A stretch of 64,000 nucleotides of DNA from Octopus vulgaris. Lineage: Eukaryota. Both the position numbers and the translations under genes were made by a program. Positions 51,614 through 64,000 of this stretch are shown here, piece after piece (within the stretch, counting starts at the first letter, position 1; the number at the start of each line of letters is the position of its first letter). The notes beneath the pieces are model-generated. The model ran no database searches. It had not been told where the DNA came from and saw only the letters and a list, made by a program, of their open reading frames with translations. The DNA lies in NCBI GenBank assembly GCA_951406725.2, contig OX597818.1, positions 48,856,001 to 48,920,000 on the forward strand, read 5' to 3'.

Positions 51614-52004
51614 TGTGGAGGCGCAATGGCCCAGTGGTTAGGGCAGCGGACTCGCGGTCATAGGATCGCGGTTTCGATTCCCAGACCGGGCGTTGTGAGT
51701 GTTTATTGAGCGAAAACACCTAAAGCTCCACGAGGCTCCAGCAGGGGATGGTGGTGATCCCTGTTGTACACTTTCACCACAACTTTCTCTCACTCTTACT
51801 TCCTGTTTCTGTTGTACCTGTATTTCAAAGGGCCGGCCTTGTCACTCTCTGTGTCACGCTGAATATCCCCGAGAACTACGTTAAGGGTACACGTGTCTGT
51901 GGAGTGCTCAGCCACTTACACGTTAATTTCACGAGCAGGCTGTTCCATTGATTCGGATCAACCGGAACCCTCGTCTTCGTAACCGACGGAGTGCTTCCAT
52001 CCCC
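51614..52004 (+). mobile_element. tRNA-derived SINE family C, full length
   Basis: A-box TGGCCCAGTGG and B-box GGTTTCGATTCCC; TSD ATAA(C/G)AGGCAGTG at 51603-51615 and 52005-52017. Confidence 0.85.
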
Positions 52005-52642
52005 ATAAGAGGCAGTGGGGCTTATGCTATAGTAAAGATATTCTTCCTCACTCATAAATGCAGTGCTTATTCTCTTCAGCATTTTATTCCATCCAGTGCC
52101 ACAAGACGTATTTTGGACACGAAAGATAATTTAGAATATTGATGGTTTCTATGCATACATCATTTGATAGAATTCAAAATAAATTATTTACAAATTCAAC
52201 ATGAAATAAAGGTTTAGAAAACAATGGATATTGAGAGAAAGTGATTATTTGAATGCTGACTGCCATATGCTTTTATCAAATAAATAACATACCAGCCTAA
52301 ATGTCTGTTTGTCTGTAGCGTGACATAGTTCTTATATTCATATGTTTTAATAAAAATATATATCTGTGACTTTCAGTGTTGTTTTAGAATGGGGCAGGGG
52401 AAATATTTCTAAGAGAATTGTTGTTACACTAGGTGAGTTAGTCTCAATGTATTTAAGGAATTAAGCATTGAAAAGCTCGTTAGAAATAAACATGTGCTGA
52501 GAAATTGACTAATTATATTCATTTGTTTTTATTGGCGATTGTGGGAAACAAATCCAAACATTTAGTTTCTCAAGTATAAGAAATTAAGCTTTTCTTTCTC
52601 AGCATGGAAAGATTTCAGGGATCAGACTAACGAATTAATTAA

Positions 52643-52862
52643 CCCTTTAGTGTTCAGATTGCTCCGTTAAATGTAATACTTTTTCACTGAAATTGTTTTT
52701 AATTAGTCATGCATTATCTTATAGCTTTGAGGTTTCAATGATGTGATTGTTTATTTTTAGAATGACATTGTAGGTTAGGTATGAGAGGCCTGATCTGGTC
52801 AGTTTGAATATAAAACATGTAGAATATCTGGGCCGGATATGGCCAGTTTAAACACTAAAGGG
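52643..52862. mobile_element. piggyBac-type MITE
   Basis: TTAA TSDs and TIR CCCTTTAGTGTT / AACACTAAAGGG. Confidence 0.9.
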
Positions 52863-52904
52863 TTAAGCAGGGATTGATCAGTTCACTTATTAATAACCCC
52901 ACCC

Positions 52905-53217
52905 ATCTAACACCCGTGGACATATTTACAAAGTCAGAAAACAGCACAGCTCCCATGACTTCAGGAAACATTTTTTCATGCTGAGAGTTGCTGAAGCTTG
53001 GAACAAACTGCCGGCATCAGTTGTTAGTTGTCGGAGCACTGCATCCTTCAAAACTTCCATGCTTTCTGAGATTCGCCAACACTACACCTGATTTTCTCCC
53101 CTCCATACACACACAAGCATGTATCTGACTCATGCATTGTTCGCTTTCCAGACATTTGTACATTACTGCATATACTCCGACAAGTTGTGGGGCACCTGAG
53201 CACTGTATACAATAATT

Positions 53218-53260
<43 letters not shown>
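52905..53260 (+). mobile_element. CR1-group LINE 3' end with (ATT)n tail
   Basis: TRGHIYKVRKQHSSHDFRKHFFMLRVAEAWNKLPASVVSCRSTASFK is a typical CR1-group ORF2 C-terminus. Confidence 0.85.
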
Positions 53261-53261
<1 letters not shown>

Positions 53262-53747
53262 ACATAAGGTGTGTTTCAGACAGAATCTGTTATTTTCAGT
53301 AAAAATGTAGCAAAAGGGGACAGCAAATTAGAGGAGTTAGAAAAGCATTGTTAGTGATCGTCCTGTGACAAGAATGACTCTTCATTAATTCTTTGACCTG
53401 AAGCATGAAGAATGCATTATTCATCCCGGGGCTTCCACTATGGAAAACAAGGGAACGAACACATTCAGTGACTGACTACAAGTAGCAGAGATGCAGCATG
53501 GTAACCAACCCTCATATCTTTGACAGAGGAGGTATGTGGTATCTAGTTCCAAGTAGATGTGTGTTGGTTTATGACTACTTGACCAGACTGTTCTCAAGTT
53601 GCAACAACAGAAAATGGTGGATTTCGGTGGCTACATAAATGGTCTGCTGTGATTCTTGGTTGACGATGCAGAGTGCTATGAAAAACCAATTTCAGTAATA
53701 GACATTTTGGGTATCTGAGCAATGAGCAAATCATTTGGACTAGATGG

Positions 53748-54156
53748 GGATCTTTTCGGTTTGAACGGCAGTTTTTTCTAGAGGTGTCATATGAAATTAT
53801 CACCCATAATTATGACCCTAGTATTGATCTATTGCATTTCAATCTGTTTTAGGGTTAGGGTGGGGGGAAGGGTATCTTTTTTCTTCAGAAATGTAAATAA
53901 ACCCAATCTGTTTCTTAAACGAGGGACATATTCATACGGCACGGAATGTTTTCACCCCAATAGACGTCATTGATTGGTTGAAATTGCAGAAATTGAAGAA
54001 AAAACCCAACAAATATCTTACAAACTATAGAATTTTCTCAATAAAGCCAAGAGAAAAAGATGTTTTATAAACACATTCTACCAGTATACGAAGTTTAAAA
54101 GTGTTTAGTTACGTGGAAATTATTTTAAAAAACTGCCGTTCAAACCGAAAAGATCC
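53748..54156. mobile_element. MITE family F (Merlin-like), 8-bp TSD
   Basis: TSD CTAGATGG on both sides; TIR begins GG. Confidence 0.9.
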
Positions 54157-54460
54157 CTAGATGGCTCAATTTATGAGCTTAAATGTTACATGCCAGGCTT
54201 GTTTGCTACAGTCTTAGTGGTTGTCTATTGTGACAGCAGCAGATTGGAAGTATTCCAAGTTGTTTGCTGACTAGTGGTGACATGGCTGAGGAAGAACTCA
54301 GAGTGATGGTTGTAGGAGTGTAATAGACAACTTCAAGCCTATGACTCTGTCCACAGCTGCATCAGTCTCACAGGCCTTCCAAGATTGATGTGAGATTGAT
54401 GTGATTGATGATCCTCCTCAACAACAGCAGGAAAAACATGAATAGAAATAGGAAATTCTT

Positions 54461-55043
54461 ATTTCTTTACTACCCACAAGGGGCTAAAGATAGACGGGAC
54501 AAACAAGGACAGACAAAGGGATTAAGTCAATTACATCGACCCCAGTTCGTAACTGGTACTTAATTTATCGACCCCGAAAGGATGAAAGGCAAAGTCGACC
54601 TCGGCGGAATTTGAACTCAATGTAGTGGCAGACAAAATACCTATTTCTTTACTACCCACAAGGGGCTAAACACAGAGGGGACAAACAAGGACAGACAGAC
54701 AGATTAAGTTGATTACATCGACCTCAGTGCGTAACTGGTACTTATTTAATCGACCCCGAAAGGATGAAAGGCAAAGTCGACCTCGGCGGAATTTGAACTC
54801 AATGTAGTAGCAGACAAAATACCTATTTCTTTACTACCCATAAGGGGCTAAACAAAGAGAGGACAAACAAGGACAGACAATCGGATTAAGTCGATTGTAT
54901 CGACCCCAGTGCATAACTAGTACTTATTTAATCAACCCCGAAAGGATGAAAGGCAAAGTTGACCTCTGCGGAATTTGAACTCAGAATGTAGTGGCAGACG
55001 AAATATCGCCAAGCATTTCGCCCGCCGTGCTAACGATTCTGCC
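54461..55043 (-). mobile_element. SINE family B trimer
   Basis: Three 182-bp units plus head; TSD AGGAAATTCTT at 54450-54460 and 55044-55054. Confidence 0.9.
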
Positions 55044-56054
55044 AGGAAATTCTTTTGGGTAATAATATTGGGGAGGAAAGAAGTAGAGGTGGTTAGTATT
55101 GAGATTGAGGGACGGGATGGGGCTGGATTAAGAGATTGATAAGATGAGATATAAGTGAATTGGCTGTGCCAGCCTGATGGTGGGAGAAGACAAAACCTCC
55201 AAGGTACAGAAGCTATTGTGGTAATAATAGAAAAACCAGAGTGAGGCTAAATTGTACATAAACTCCATGCCAACAAACCAGATTTAGAACACACCTATAC
55301 CAGTTATTTCTTGTTTTGATGTGGGAGTGTCAGCCAGTATATTACTCAATAGATGTAGATACAGACTTGATCATGATTTGATATATTCCAACTTTGTGAG
55401 AACTAGGTAACTTGAAATAAAAGAGTTGTTTTCTTTATGCAGATTTTATAGTCTGCAGTTTACATAAATTTAATTTAATTGCTTTACTTCAATGGCTCTT
55501 TGTGGTTAAGCTTTGTAATTATGCAACTAAATCTCACCTCCTGTTTCTACTTTTAGTTCACTGCTTCTGAACCATTTTTGTCTTATTGTCCCACTTCCCT
55601 GGTCAGTCTTTCAGATTACATAACACGAAGAGGTTGTTTTTCCAATTTTCTTTTCCCTTCACTTCTATTTTTCTCTCCATTCTAAGATTTGTTTTTATTC
55701 CATTTAAGATTCCTCCTCCTTTCCCTTTTACTTCTTAATTTCTTTAATTTCTCCTTCTTGTTTCTTTCTTTCTTCCTTTATCTCTTCTATATCAATCCTT
55801 CTTTCTCTACGCATATCCCTTGCATTTACGTGGTTTTCCTTGTTGATACTGAAAGCATTCTGTGAGTCACCATCCATTGAAAGGAGAGATAAAGAAATCC
55901 CCAAACATCAATAAAAGCTTCTATTACTAAACATAAAATATTAAAGAGATGGCATCTTTGCTGAAGATCTTAATCTTGAAATTATGTTTTGTATAGACTG
56001 AAATATCAAATAATGTATGATGCATATCATAATCCACTATCAGTAACATCTTTC

Positions 56055-56250
56055 GGTTATCCCCAGGGCCGCCCTGATCAAACAGACTTATGATCAAAAG
56101 GCATTCCAACTAAGACCATCCCATCTCTTTTATATATTCATGTTTTCAGACCCATTAGATCCACCATAACATTGTTTAATGTGTCTTTTTATCTAAGATG
56201 TAGAATGTAACATGAAGAAGATTTGGCTGCTATGTCTAGCAGGTTGAGCA
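56055..56250. repeat. Unclassified interspersed repeat G (also ~22650-22730 and ~63010-63190)
   Basis: Shared CC.TGATCAA.CAGAC...TGATCAAAGGCATTC...GACCAT and GCTAT.TCTAGCAG blocks. Confidence 0.6.
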
Positions 56251-56764
56251 ACCACATAGAAGAACCTTTGTTCGCATTGATATTAATATTATTTAACCAT
56301 CATTATTATAATTTATCAATAGTCATCAGTATTATTCTAATTGCGATTATTAAAAATAGTAATTATTTAGAATCATCATCATCACCATCATCATCACTGT
56401 CATCATCATCATCATTAGTATTATTATGATTATATTCAGGATACCATATTGATGGCTACTGCTGACCTGAATTTAGACTACACAAAGGGTGGTGGGTGCA
56501 AGGCTTTATGTAATGAAGCATTACAAGTATAGATAGAATAAGGCAAAAATCTCTCAGTATTTATTGATCAATCTTATGAATAGCTGCTCATTGAAATTGA
56601 ACTTAACAAGTGGCAGTGCAGCATTATTACAGAAGTAGTTTTACCATCCTCTGAATGGTGATTATGTCATATTTCTGGGATGCCTTTTACAACACTTTAA
56701 AGAAATCTACAAACAATAAAAGAAAACACAACAGCATATTATGTGTGTGTGTGTGTATCTATTT

Positions 56765-56995
56765 GTTTCTTTATTACTCACAAGGGGCTAAACACAGAGG
56801 GGACAAACAAGGACAGACAAACGGATTAAGTCGATTACATCGACCCCAGTGCGTAACTGGTACTTAATTTATCGACCCCGAAAGGATAAAAGGCAAAGTC
56901 GACCTCGGCGGAATTTGAACTCAGAACGCAACGGCGGACAAAATACCACTATGCATACCGCCTGGCGAGCTAACGATTCTGCCAGCTCGCTGCCG
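56765..56995 (-). mobile_element. SINE family B
   Basis: Full-length similarity. Confidence 0.85.
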
Positions 56996-57047
56996 TGTGT
57001 GTGTATCTATCTGTCTGTCTGTACATACATACATACATATATATATA

Positions 57048-57474
57048 TTTACTTGTTTCAGGCATTAAATTGTGGCCATGCTGGGGCACTGCCTAGAAAA
57101 ATTGTAGTCAAACAAATTGCCCCCCAGTACTTATTTTTTTAAGCTTGGCACTTATTCTGTCAATCTCTTTTGCTGAACCGCTAAGTTATGGGGATGTAAA
57201 TGCACCAGCACTGGCTGTCAAGCAACGGTGGGGGACAAACAGACACAAAGACATGTGCGCGTACACATGTACATACACACACACACACACACACACGCAC
57301 ACACACGTGCATAGGCGTGGCTTTCAGTTGCTGTCTTCTAAATCCACTCACAAGGCTTTAGTTGACCCGAGGCTAAAGTAGAACGTACTTACCCAAGGTG
57401 CTATGCAGTGGGACTGAACCCGGAGCCATGTAGTTTGGAACCAAGCTTCTTACCACACAGCCATTCTTGTGCCT
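57048..57474 (-). mobile_element. SINE family A, older subfamily
   Basis: Diverged colinear similarity. Confidence 0.8.
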
Positions 57475-57547
57475 ATGATGATCACACACATACACACATA
57501 CACACATACTCATGCGCATGCAGGCACACACACACACACAGACACAG

Positions 57548-57593
<46 letters not shown>

Positions 57594-58191
57594 GAAATTC
57601 AAAAAGGTGCTCAATTGCAGAATTTTTAAACTTCAGCCTATCAGTAACAGTCTGAATAGAAATAGTTTGAATATTTCTCAGTTGACTAAAATTCTTAGAC
57701 TGTTGAACCTTATCTCTGTGTTTTGTTCCTATGTCAGCGAAGAAGGAGTTAAAAATCTGTGGCTGTTTTTCTTAAACATGGCTACACCTTTTCATTTAAC
57801 AGGAATTAGTCAGAAATGGTTTTCTGTGGCTGTCTTCTCTTAAAGAGTTTATTTATAGAATGAGATCTGATTTGTGTTATGTTGGTCGGTTTTTTTGTTT
57901 TTTTTTCTGTGACGAGTTTTTTGATTTCCTGTAATAAATTATTTCAACATTTGAACATATAAGTTTCAGATATTTCATCTTTTACTTGTTTCAGATGTTG
58001 GATTGTGGCTCATGCTGGAGCACTGCTTTGAAGGGTTTAGTCACACATATTGACTTCAGTGCTTAATTTTAAGTCTGGTGCTTATGATATTAGTTTCTTT
58101 TGCTGAATCGCTAAGTTATGGGGATGTAAATAAACCAACATCGGTTGTCAAGTGGTGAAGAGGAACAAACACAGAGACATATACATGCACA

Positions 58192-58233
<42 letters not shown>

Positions 58234-58374
58234 TTATTTTTTAAAGCCTGGCACTTATTCTGTCAATCTCTTTCACTGAACCACTAAGTTATGGGGATGT
58301 AAACGCACACGTATACACACACACATGTGCACAGTATATAAATATATATATATATATACAGACACACACGCATA

Positions 58375-58617
58375 CTCTTTTACTCTATTACTTGTTTCAG
58401 TCATTTGACTGCGGCCATGCTGGAGCACTGCCTTTAGTTGAGCAAATCAACTCCAGGACTTATTCTTTGTAAGCCTAGTACTTATTCTATCGGTCTCATT
58501 TGCCGAACCACTAAGTTACTGGGACGTAAACACACCAGTGTCGGTTGTCAATTGATGTTGGGGAAACAAACACAAACACACACACAAACACACACACAAA
58601 CACACACACACACATAC

Positions 58618-58676
<59 letters not shown>

Positions 58677-58741
58677 TATATATATGATGGGCTTCTTTCA
58701 GTTTCCATCTACCAAATCCACTCACAAGGCTTTGGTTGGCA
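58375..58741 (-). mobile_element. SINE family A, 5'-truncated
   Basis: Tail and body present. Confidence 0.85.
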
Positions 58742-58787
58742 TTTTCAAACATGCTACCACAGTCGATTGTTTAGAAAATCATTCAAT

Positions 58788-58979
58788 TCTTCTTCTTCTT
58801 CTTCTTCTTCTTCTTCTTCTTCTTCTTCTTCTTCTTCTTCTTCTTCTTCTTCTTCTTCTTCTTCTTCTTCTTCTTCTTCTTCTTCTTCTTCTTCTTCTTC
58901 TTCTTCTTCTTCTTCTTCTTCTTCTTCTTCTTCTTCTTCTTCTTCTTCTTCTTCTTCTTCTTCTTCTTCTTCTTCTTCT
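58788..58979. repeat. Pure (TTC)n/(GAA)n tract, ~64 units
   Basis: Seen directly. Confidence 0.95.
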
Positions 58980-59480
58980 ATCATCATCATAATCATCATT
59001 TAATGTCTGTTTTCCATGCTGGCATGGGTTGAATGGTTTGTCAAGAGGTGGTGATCTGATGGGCTGCACCAGGCTTCTGTCATCTGTTTTGGCTGGGGGT
59101 GCCCTTCCTAATGCCAACCATGTTACAGAATGTACTGGGTGCTTTTCACATGGTGCTGACACAAGTGCCTTTTGCATAGCACCAGCATGGGTACTCTGTA
59201 TGTGGCACCTGCATGGTTGCTTTTTACATGTATAACATCATCATCATCGTCGATTAACGTCCGTTTTCCATGCTAGCATGGGTTGGACGGTTCGACCAGG
59301 GTCTGGGAAGCCAGGAGGCTGCACCAGGCTCCAGTCTGATCTGGCAGTGTTTCTACAGCTGGATGCCCTTCCTAACGCCAACCACTCTGTGAGTGTAGTG
59401 GGTGCTTTTTACGTGCCACTGGCACAAGTGCCAAGGGAGGCTGGCAACAGCCATGATCGGTTGGTGCTTTTTACGTGCCA
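58980..59480 (-). mobile_element. Two family E elements (diverged 58980-59232; younger 59237-59480)
   Basis: (CAT)n tails and shared motifs. Confidence 0.8.
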
Positions 59481-60679
59481 TAACTTATTCCACCTTGTTT
59501 CAGATCCTGATGGTTATAGTAGTGAAAAATATATCAATATACTGACTGCGTTCGTGTCTTGATTTAATATTAGATCAAATATTCTTCTGATTAAGAACGG
59601 AGTAGGAGAGGATGCACGCTGAATGTAGCTCCACTTGTTTCATATTTTCTCTAAGCAGGAATTTCCTGGAAGCCTGTTTCTGCTAAGAACATTATCTTTT
59701 TTGTTCAACTTTCAGTGCTTTAATTTTTTGAGTGCAACCATTTATCTTTTTATGTGTTTATTTTTGTATTGTCGACTGCTAGTATTTAATTATATCTGTA
59801 TATTTAATTACATACTTTGTTCCATTTATTGCACTTGTATAAAGTATCTGTCCGTCTGTCTGTCAAGCTGGCTGGCTCTGGCTGGCTAAATGTCTGTTTT
59901 TCTCTATATATGTCTATTTCTCTGTCTATCTGCCTGCAACTTTATGTGTGTGTCTGTCTGTCTCTCCACCTGTTTCTCATCAAGATAGGTATTTAAACTG
60001 AAATTAAATCGAGATATTGTATTTCAAATTGAAAGTGTTAATTACAGGAAGAAATAACTCCGTTAAAATATGTTGGAAAATTAGTTTTATTTCTTACAGA
60101 ACTTCTCAGATGAAACTTTTTTCAAGTTCAACAACAGTAAACGCAAAAAGGCAGTAAAATGAAATGCCTCTGTCTTAATATGTATGACCAATGTCATGAA
60201 TTGGTCACCCTACCTACCTACCTACTTATCTACATACATATAAATATAACTGCTTCTCTCATTTTTTATTGGTTCTCATGTTTTTTAAATTGCATATATG
60301 CCATGGTACCACTCATTAGGATTTTAGCTGATTACAATAATCCCAGTATTTTGTCTGCAACTTATTTTATCAATCTCTAGGTATCAAATGGTTAAGCTCA
60401 TCTTGGCATAAAGGTCTATAACCTCATCTCAGGCTAAATACGACGAAGCACTTTTGTTTAACGTGCCAATTTATTGCCAATCCCTCATTCATGTGCACAA
60501 ACACTCATGGCTGGTCACTGACACATTTTTCTGCAAAATATGGGTAGTTTATCTTGTTCATGCTATATTATTAGCATTATCCAGCATTTGAGAATAAAAA
60601 ATTGCTTCCTTAACACATACGTCAGACAGCACACTCACTCACATATAATGAACATGTGTGCTACTAAAGTACACTCTGC

Positions 60680-60950
60680 ATGCTCCTATACCTAGCGTTT
60701 GTTGACCTAGGGAAGAAATTTGACAAGTTCAATGCTCAGGATTTGGTTGGTACTGGGAAAACTGGGGATAGACGAATGGACTGGAAGCTTACAAGTTCTG
60801 TGAAGAAAAATAGTTGGCAAGCTGTGTTTCAGCAACAAATTAAGCATTTTCATAGATGTCCTTTAGAACTCTTCTCCCAGTCTTCTTCTGTTCATTATTG
60901 TCCTCCAAGCCATAATAGGCTGCCCGTGGGAATTCCTATGTACTGGTGAT
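60680..60950 (+). pseudogene. RTE reverse-transcriptase remnant
   Basis: LYLAFVDLGKKFDK resembles the RT motif LYLAFVDLEKAFDR; the rest is heavily decayed. Confidence 0.55.
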
Positions 60951-60988
60951 TGAGTTCTTATGGCTGAATTTTTCAGTAGATCCTTCAT

Positions 60989-61350
60989 CTTTTACTTGTT
61001 TCAGTCATTGGATTGCAGCCATACTGGGGAACCACTTTGATGTGTTTAGTCAAACAAGTCAACCCCAATACATATTTTCAAAGTCTGCTACTTATTTATT
61101 GGTTTCTTTTGCCAAAACTGCTAATTTACAGGGATGTAAACAAACCAACTCCGTTTGCTAAGCAGTGAAAAGGGGACACATACACACATATACGATGGGC
61201 TTATTTCAGTTTCCTTTTACTAAATTCACTCACAAGGCATTGGTTGGTCCAGGGCTATAGTAGAAGATAATTGTCGAAGGTGCCACACACTGGGACTGAA
61301 CCCAAAACCATATGGTTGTAAAGTAAGCTTCTTAACCACACAGCAATGCC
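60989..61350 (-). mobile_element. SINE family A, diverged
   Basis: Colinear similarity. Confidence 0.75.
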
Positions 61351-62043
61351 TCCATCAATGATTTAGAGAAAATTTCCAGACATGGAAGCAAAACCTGGAA
61401 TTGAGAAGCCTCAGAGAAAACTTAGCAGGGACTAAAGTATTCATAAGAGAGAAGACTGAACCCTACCACTAGCAGTGAAATGGCTGTGTTTGACACATAT
61501 AGCAAAGGTATAGGTAGATATTCCAGGTGGTGTAAATTATGAGGACACAAGAGGTGTAGAGTGATCACACATAGGCAAAGAAGGTAGACTTCAGGTGTGC
61601 AGGGACAATTATATAAAGAGCACACAAAAAAAATAAACTCTCTCAAATGCCCAGGCAGCTTTGAAGGAGTAGTTGATAGATACCTTAATCTAGATACCCT
61701 AATTAGCAGTAGTGGATAGGTGTTCTGAAAACATTGTACCTGGAATAAAAATAAGCCAGAAAACATTCTATTATCTCTGCTGGCAACATCTGATAACTAC
61801 TAGAAATGAAGCCAATCGAATACAGCATGTATGTAAATATAGAAAAAAATTTTGTTTCTGAAAATGAGGGTAATATCATCATGATCACCATCATCACTAT
61901 CATTATCATCATCATCAACATCATTTAATGTCCATGTTCCATGTTGACATGGGTTGGACTAGTTTAATAAATTATCTTCTCCTGCAATGTTAATATGAAG
62001 ACTAGACGAAACTCAACCAGTGAACATTATTATAAAGGTACTA

Positions 62044-62454
62044 GGATCTTTTCAGTTTGAACGGCAGTTTTTTAAAATAATTTCCACGTAACTAAACACT
62101 TTAAAACTTCGTATACTGGTAGAATGTGTTTATAAAACATCTTTTTCTCTTGGCTTTATTGAGAAAATTCTATAGTTTGTAAGATATTTGTTGTTTTTTT
62201 TCTTCAGTTTCTGTAATTTCAACCAATCAATGACGTCTATTGAGGTGAAAACATTCTGTGCCGTATGAAAATGTCCCTTGTTTAAGAAACAGATTGGGTT
62301 TATTTACATTTCTGAAGAAAAAAAGATACCCTTCCCCTCACCCCTAACCCTAAAATAGATAGAAATGCAATAGATCGATACTAGGGTCATAATTATGGGT
62401 GACAATTTCATATGACACCGCTAGAAAAAACTGCCATTCAAACCGAAAAGATCC
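62044..62454. mobile_element. MITE family F (Merlin-like), inverted relative to the other copies, 8-bp TSD
   Basis: TSD AGGTACTA on both sides. Confidence 0.9.
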
Positions 62455-63458
62455 AGGTACTAGACTTCCCGTGACCCGTTGGGTCACTGACAATTCAAGT
62501 TATAAAACACTGAAGCTGATTGCAACATTGCATTGAAATGAAAGTTAATTTTATGATGATTCAGTTAAATATTTCAATCCGTTTGTGTCATCTCAGGTCT
62601 GGTTTACAAGTTCATGTTTAAGGTTTTATTGATTATTTACAGCATCTAATAGAAACAGAACTTCCAGGATAAACTCAAACTCCAATAACAGCATTTATTT
62701 ATGGCATATGGGCTCACTTCAACAAAAATGCAAAAGGAATTGTTATATAACGTAAACATAAAATTAATGGAAACAATTTTTCGCAGTATTATCTGTTCCC
62801 CTGTTCCAATTTATGTAAAACTTGTTTTATTCCATTTGTATTTACGTTTCAAGGGTAACTTACTTTTAGAGTATTTTTCTATTATGCACTGGTTTGGCTG
62901 TTTTAAACTACAGAAAAGCATGCATGCAAGCAAGCAATCGCAAAATTTTAGTAGTATGTAGCTAGATAGATAATTAAAATGAATTAATCGGGTTTACATT
63001 TATGTTATTGTTGCTTAGCTCCAGGTCAACCTTGATCAAGCAGATCTCTGATGAAAGGAGTCCCAGCTATGACCATAGTTTTTTTTTTGTTTTCATTTAT
63101 CTAGGACCACCTTTGAAAATATCTTCTTTTTCAAGGTAGGCATAATTTGAAGGCGATTTAACTGCTATTTCTAGCAGACCTAGTGATTGTTCTAGTGTTT
63201 TTAAAGCAATGTCATTTGAGCAGCTGTATTGTCATGCACAATCTTTCTTCAGTCACTCCCTATATGAACTTTTCTCATCACCATAGCCATTGTGAAACCC
63301 ACTCGGTGACAATAAATGATAATTATTGAATATCAAATGTCACATTTGTATACTTGTTAGTTTATGATTTCTGTTTAATTATTCTGTTAATTAACAAAAA
63401 CACAAAAATAACATCATTCAGTGTGAAATATTCTTTATTATTGACATTTACTTTGCAG

Positions 63459-63734
63459 GAATCAGTACAACATGTCAGTTCAACACCTATCATCCCTCCA
63501 GAACATTGTGATTCCCATGTTTCAAAATACTCAAGTAATATGGATATATGTCGCATTTGTCACTGCGAAGGAGAAACAGAAGCTCCACTTGTAGCGCCAT
63601 GCATATGTTCTGGCAGTTTGCGATGGGTGCACCAAGCTTGTCTACAAAAATGGATTAAAAGTGCAGATACTAAATCATGTGAACTATGTAAATTTGAATT
63701 CATCATGACAACGAAAGTAAAGCCATTCCAAGAG
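63459..63734 (+). CDS. MARCHF8: Internal coding exon of a MARCH1/MARCH8-like membrane-associated RING-CH E3 ubiquitin ligase
   Basis: Acceptor ctttgcAG|GAA and donor GAG|GTGAGA bound a 276-nt, phase 0/0 exon. It encodes DICRICHCEGETEAPLVAPCICSGSLRWVHQACLQKWIKSADTKSCELCKFEFIMTTKVKPFQE, a C4HC3 RING-CH closely matching vertebrate MARCH1/8. The symbol is used at orthogroup level. Confidence 0.9.
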
Positions 63735-63824
63735 GTGAGAAAAACTTTGTTTTTTAAATACTATATATATAGGCTCAGGTGTGGCTGTGAGGTAAGAAAT
63801 TTCCTTCCTAATCACATGGATTTG

Positions 63825-64000
63825 ATCGCCAGAAATGTTAGCGTGCCAGGTGAAATGCTTATCGGTATTTCATCTGCCATTATGTTCTGAGTTCAAATTC
63901 CGCCGAGGTCGACTTTGCCTTTCATCCCTTCGGGGTTGATAAATTAAGTACCAGTTATGCACTGGGGTTGATGTAATCGACTTAATCCCCTCGTTTGTCC
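63825..64000 (+). mobile_element. SINE family B (runs off window), preceded by a family A head fragment at 63771-63820
   Basis: B-box and core motif. Confidence 0.85.

Noticed and set aside
51614-51690. Possible tRNA gene (also 4696 and 42950-43019)
   Set aside because: A/B boxes are present but there is no proper acceptor stem, and each continues into a SINE body.
58438-59177. Long poly-L/S/E/R ORFs
   Set aside because: They are translations of the (TTC)n tract.
60085-60160. Acceptor-like ttttatttcttacAG (also ~41469) as an additional MARCH exon
   Set aside because: There is no clear donor or recognisable protein similarity, so it cannot be supported without transcripts.
63354-63890. 178-aa ORF as a complete gene
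   Set aside because: Only 63459-63734 lies between splice sites; the flanks are intron and SINE sequence.

Overview
This is AT-rich, microsatellite-dense animal genomic DNA. Its SINE families look like those of a coleoid cephalopod, most likely Octopus (inferred from memory of these repeats, not from a search). Only one host coding exon is convincing: a symmetric phase 0/0 RING-CH exon of a MARCH1/8-type E3 ubiquitin ligase at 63459-63734 (+). The preceding ~63 kb is therefore upstream or intronic sequence filled with mobile DNA. That includes several tRNA-derived SINE families, an RTE-tail element with internal tandem hairpin arrays, and R4/Dong, RTE and CR1 LINE fragments. DNA-transposon content comprises a full-length decayed DD37D (maT) transposon, mariner/rosa-like fragments, a Chapaev3-like element, Helitron pieces, and Merlin-, piggyBac- and Tc1-type MITEs. 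Nearly all listed ORFs are repeat or microsatellite artefacts. The most notable signal is a set of minimal type I hammerhead ribozyme motifs (CUGANGA-helix II-GAAA-palindromic helix III-UH), often in inverted duplications. The best case is a tRNA-headed SINE carrying an intact hammerhead, inserted as a head-to-head dimer with a 12-bp TSD at 42.75-43.2 kb. Also notable are TSD-bounded SINE concatemers that share an identical junction at two loci. Boundaries of diverged repeats are approximate.
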